NCBI GenBank assembly: GCA_049699855.1
Contig: JBNAWM010000005.1
Location: 4,531 to 32,312, forward strand
Source: Candidatus Cryosericum sp.
GTDB lineage: Bacteria; Caldisericota; Caldisericia; Cryosericales; Cryosericaceae
Direction: 5' to 3'
Length of the DNA: 27,782 bases
Positions 24,671 to 27,782 of this stretch are shown piece by piece. Position 1 is the stretch's first letter; each line of letters opens with the position of its first letter. The position numbers were made by a program, and so were the translations under genes. The notes beneath the pieces are model-generated. The model was not told the origin of the DNA, did no database searches, and saw nothing but the letters and a program-made list of their open reading frames with translations.

Positions 24671-25748
24671 GATCCAGAGTGCGATCTACGAGCTGGAGAA
24701 GGAACGGGGAATCTCCAGGGAGTACATCGTCACGGCAATCAAGGAAGCCTTTGAGGCGGCATACCAGCAGCAGTACCAGAAAGACAACTTCCTGGTGAAG
24801 GCTGACACGGGGACCGGCTTGGTCCGGCTGTACTCGCGCAAGACGGTCGTCGCCAAGGTGACCGACGTGAACAGCGAGATCACGCTGAAGGATGCGCGCA
24901 AGGTCGAGCCAGAGGCGAAGATCGGAGACGACGTGCTGATCCAGGTGAAGATCGAGCAGCTGCCTCTGCCGGTTGTTGTGAAGGCACGCAAGTTCATCGA
25001 CGACAAGATCAAGGAGCGCGAGAATGATCTGGTGTACGAGCGCTTCCACTCGCAGGTGGGCACCCTCGTGAACGGCGAGGTTCTGCGCCAGAATAAGGAG
25101 GGGTTGCTGATCAACCTCGCACGGTGCGAAGGCATCATGCCCAAGGATCAACAGATCCCCGGCGAGCGCCTGCGCTATCAGAGCGTTGCCAAGGCGCTCA
25201 TCCTCTCGGTGGACAAGTCTGCACAGGGTCCACGGGTGGTCCTGACACGGGCGCATCCGGATTTCATCCAGCGTCTCGTCGAGCTGGAAGTCCCAGAAGT
25301 GGGCTCGGGCCTCGTCGAGATCAAGCGCATCGTCCGTGAGCCAGGGCAGCGCGCCAAGATCAGCGTCTACAGCCGTGACCCAAAGATTGATCCTGTTGGT
25401 GCGGTTATCGGGCCGATGGGCGGGCGCATCCGCGCGGTGTCGCGCGAGGTCGCCTTCGAACACATCGACGTCATTCGCTTTGACCCGAATCCCGTGAAAT
25501 ACGTGGTCAATGCGTTCAGCCCCGCCAAGGTGCTGGATGCGGAACGCAGGCCGGAGGATGGTACCTTCGTGGTCCATACCACGGCGGATGCGTTTGCCGT
25601 TGCCCTCGGCAAGAGTGGAGTCAACGTCCGACTCGTCGAGCGGCTTTTGGATGCAAAGGTGGAACTCGTTCAGGTGGAGGAGGGGCGCCAGACAGCAGCC
25701 CCGACCCGTGAGGCAGGTGAAACGCATGAAGAAAGTACGGATCTATGA
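24660..25748 (+). CDS. nusA: Transcription termination/antitermination factor NusA
   Basis: ELEKERGIS N-terminus, S1 domain, ELEVPEV, REPGQRAKI and DPVGAVIG.MG.RI KH motifs. ATG 24660. Confidence 0.95.
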   Translation: MRDEIQSAIYELEKERGISREYIVTAIKEAFEAAYQQQYQKDNFLVKADTGTGLVRLYSRKTVVAKVTDVNSEITLKDARKVEPEAKIGDDVLIQVKIEQLPLPVVVKARKFIDDKIKERENDLVYERFHSQVGTLVNGEVLRQNKEGLLINLARCEGIMPKDQQIPGERLRYQSVAKALILSVDKSAQGPRVVLTRAHPDFIQRLVELEVPEVGSGLVEIKRIVREPGQRAKISVYSRDPKIDPVGAVIGPMGGRIRAVSREVAFEHIDVIRFDPNPVKYVVNAFSPAKVLDAERRPEDGTFVVHTTADAFAVALGKSGVNVRLVERLLDAKVELVQVEEGRQTAAPTREAGETHEESTDL

Positions 25749-27656
25749 GCTCGCTAAAGAACTGAATCTGAAGTCGCCGCGCATGCTGGAGATTCTCGAA
25801 CGGCTGGGAGTCCCCGTGAAGGGCGTCGTCGGCACGATCGAAGAAGAAACGGCAAACCTTGTCAAAGAGATTGTCGACAAGGAAAACGCCGCCAAGGCGG
25901 AAGGAACCAAAGCTCCGTCCAAGCCAGCCAAAGCAGCCGCCAAGGCCTCACCGGAAACCGAGAAGCAAAAACCAGCCCCCGCTCCGGCCGAACCAGCCGT
26001 GACGGTTGAACAACCCAAGGCTTTCACGGAGTCCATGAGCTATGCCGCCTTTGCCAAGCAGTTTGGCCTGAAGCAGCATGAACTGAACACGATGATGCTC
26101 AAGAATGGCATCCCGGTGCGCGAGTGCGGTCTGCTCGACCCTCATGACGCTGACTATCTTGCCCGCCTGCTGGGCGAAAACTACGTTGCGCCGCCCGAAA
26201 AATACCTGAAGGCGTTTGAGACTCGCCCGCCCGTGGTCACGGTGATGGGCCATGTTGATCACGGGAAGACGACCCTGCTGGACTTCATACGCAAGAGCAG
26301 CGTCGCCAGCCGCGAGAAGGGTGGCATCACCCAGAAGATCGGGGCCTACGAAGTGCAGATCAAGGGCAAGACCATCATCTTCATCGACACGCCCGGCCAC
26401 GAGGCCTTTACCTCGATGCGGCTCAAGGGCTCACAGGTGACCGATGTGGTCATCCTGGTGGTCGCCGCCGAAGAGGGCGTCAAAGAGCAGACGCTCGAGG
26501 CGCTTGACCATGCGAAGGCGGCCAGGGTGCCGATCATCGTTGCCATGAACAAGATCGACAAGCCCGAGGCCAACCCCGAGCGCGTCAAACAGCAGCTGGC
26601 CGACCGTGGCTTGCAGCCAGACGATTGGGGTGGAGATACCGTCTTCCTGCCTGTTTCGGCCAAGACCGGCAAGGGCGTGGAGGAACTGCTGGACATGATC
26701 CTTCTGCAGGCGGAGATGGCTGGACTCAAGACCCGCTCTTCGGTTGAACCATCCGGTTCCGTGATCGAGGCGCGCGTCGACAAGAACATCGGCGTTCTGG
26801 CCCGGCTCCTTGTGCAAACTGGAACACTCCATGTCGGTGACGACATCCGTGTCGGCGACTGCGTGGGCAAGATCAAGCGCATGACCAACGAGACGGGCGC
26901 GAACCTGCGCGAAGCGAAGGCGCTCATGCCCATCGAGGTCATGGGGCTGTCCGAACTGCCCGAAGCGGGAGAAGTCTTCTATACCGTCGAAGATGTCGAT
27001 TCGTGCCGCATGATCATCGACGAGAAGCGGCAGAAGGAACGCCTGGCCTTCCTGGCGCAGGAGCAGAAGAAGCCGCTCACGCTGGATGAGCTGTTCACCG
27101 AAGAAGCGGCGCTGGACAAGAAGAAACTCACTCTCATCCTCAAGGCAGACGCCCTCTCCACGCTGGACGCTGTCAAGTTCGAGCTGAGGAAGGTCAAGAC
27201 CAAGACTATTCCGCTCGAGATTCTGCACGAGGGCACGGGTGGCATCACAAAGTCCGATGTCCTGCTGGCTTCCGCCAGCAACGCCGTCATCGTTGGCTTC
27301 AACGTCGTTCCGCTGGCCGAGGCGCTCAAGGTGGCCGCGACCGAGAAGGTCCAGATCCGCACCTATGATCTCAGGGGCGCGCGCGCATCAAGGACGTGTT
27401 CAAGATCACGGGTGTCGGCGCCATCGCCGGCTGTCTGGTCGAGGACGGCAAGATCGTCCGCGGCGCCAAGGCGCGTGTGGTCCGCAACGCTGTCGTCGTA
27501 TATGCCAACTCCAGCATTTCTTCGCTGAAGCGCTTCAAGGAAGACGCCAAGGAAGTCCTCAAGGGCTATGAATGCGGCATGGGCCTGCAGAACTTCAACG
27601 ACTTTAAGGTCGACGACATCATCGAAACCCTGGTGATGGAGGAGAAGAAGCCGTAA
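25726..27656 (+). pseudogene. infB: Translation initiation factor IF-2, interrupted by an apparent internal deletion and frameshift near 27369 (possibly an assembly artefact)
   Basis: RIYELAKEL, GHVDHGKT, DTPGHEAF, NKID and SAKTG in frame from 25726 to IRTYD (27369). The C-terminal domain (SQGRARIKDVFK..G.IAGC..DG...SLKRFKED.KEV..GYECG) is in a different frame, 27369-27656. Confidence 0.85.
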
Positions 27657-27694
27657 GGTAAGCTTGTTCAGAAGGTTGCACAACACCAAATCAG

Positions 27695-27725
27695 CGCGCC
27701 GGACGCTCCTTGTCCGGCGCGTTTT
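27695..27725 (+). terminator. Rho-independent terminator after infB
   Basis: CGCGCCGGAC-N7-GTCCGGCGCG followed by TTTT. Confidence 0.78.
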
Positions 27726-27761
27726 CTCTCAAGAGCCTGCCCCTTCCGGATGAAAAAACTA

Positions 27762-27782
27762 TTGACATAGCTATACTTGTTG
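27762..27782 (+). promoter_or_regulatory. Possible promoter for the next gene outside the window
   Basis: A-tract at 27753-27758, then perfect TTGACA at 27762-27767. A matching -10 would lie just past the window edge. Confidence 0.4.

Noticed and set aside
27355..27400. Programmed -1 ribosomal frameshift in infB
   Set aside because: There is no X XXY YYZ slippery site, and conserved residues are physically missing.

Overview
A GC-rich bacterial chromosomal segment that contains the replication-origin region. Gene order: partial P-loop GTPase-like gene, small Cys protein, Lit/DUF1461 membrane protein, mtnP, rhomboid protease, surE, RNase J-like beta-CASP nuclease and htrA (all +). Then mgsA, dciA-like (DUF721), recF, dnaN, oriC and dnaA (-). 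Then, divergently, a 3x GerMN protein and a divergent DnaB-like ATPase, followed by an ECF sigma/anti-sigma/Lia-Psp-like envelope-stress operon (+). Then a Y1/RAYT-transposase-derived ORF (-), a DUF2179-type membrane protein, a lipoprotein, dnaE and rimP-nusA-infB (+). Main points: (1) a full-length RAYT/Y1 transposase homolog has lost its HUH and catalytic Tyr residues but keeps a C-terminal HTH, and it is bracketed by two oppositely oriented arrays of DnaA-box-like 9-mers, suggesting a domesticated, origin-linked element; (2) there are four DnaA-box clusters but none at the dnaA promoter; (3) dnaA has a structured leader of about 150 nt; (4) the DnaB-like protein has a remodelled ssDNA-binding loop; (5) htrA and the ECF gene share a GTAAC-N17-CGTA promoter; (6) infB has an internal deletion with frameshift. 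All family calls come from motif recognition by eye, not from database searches.
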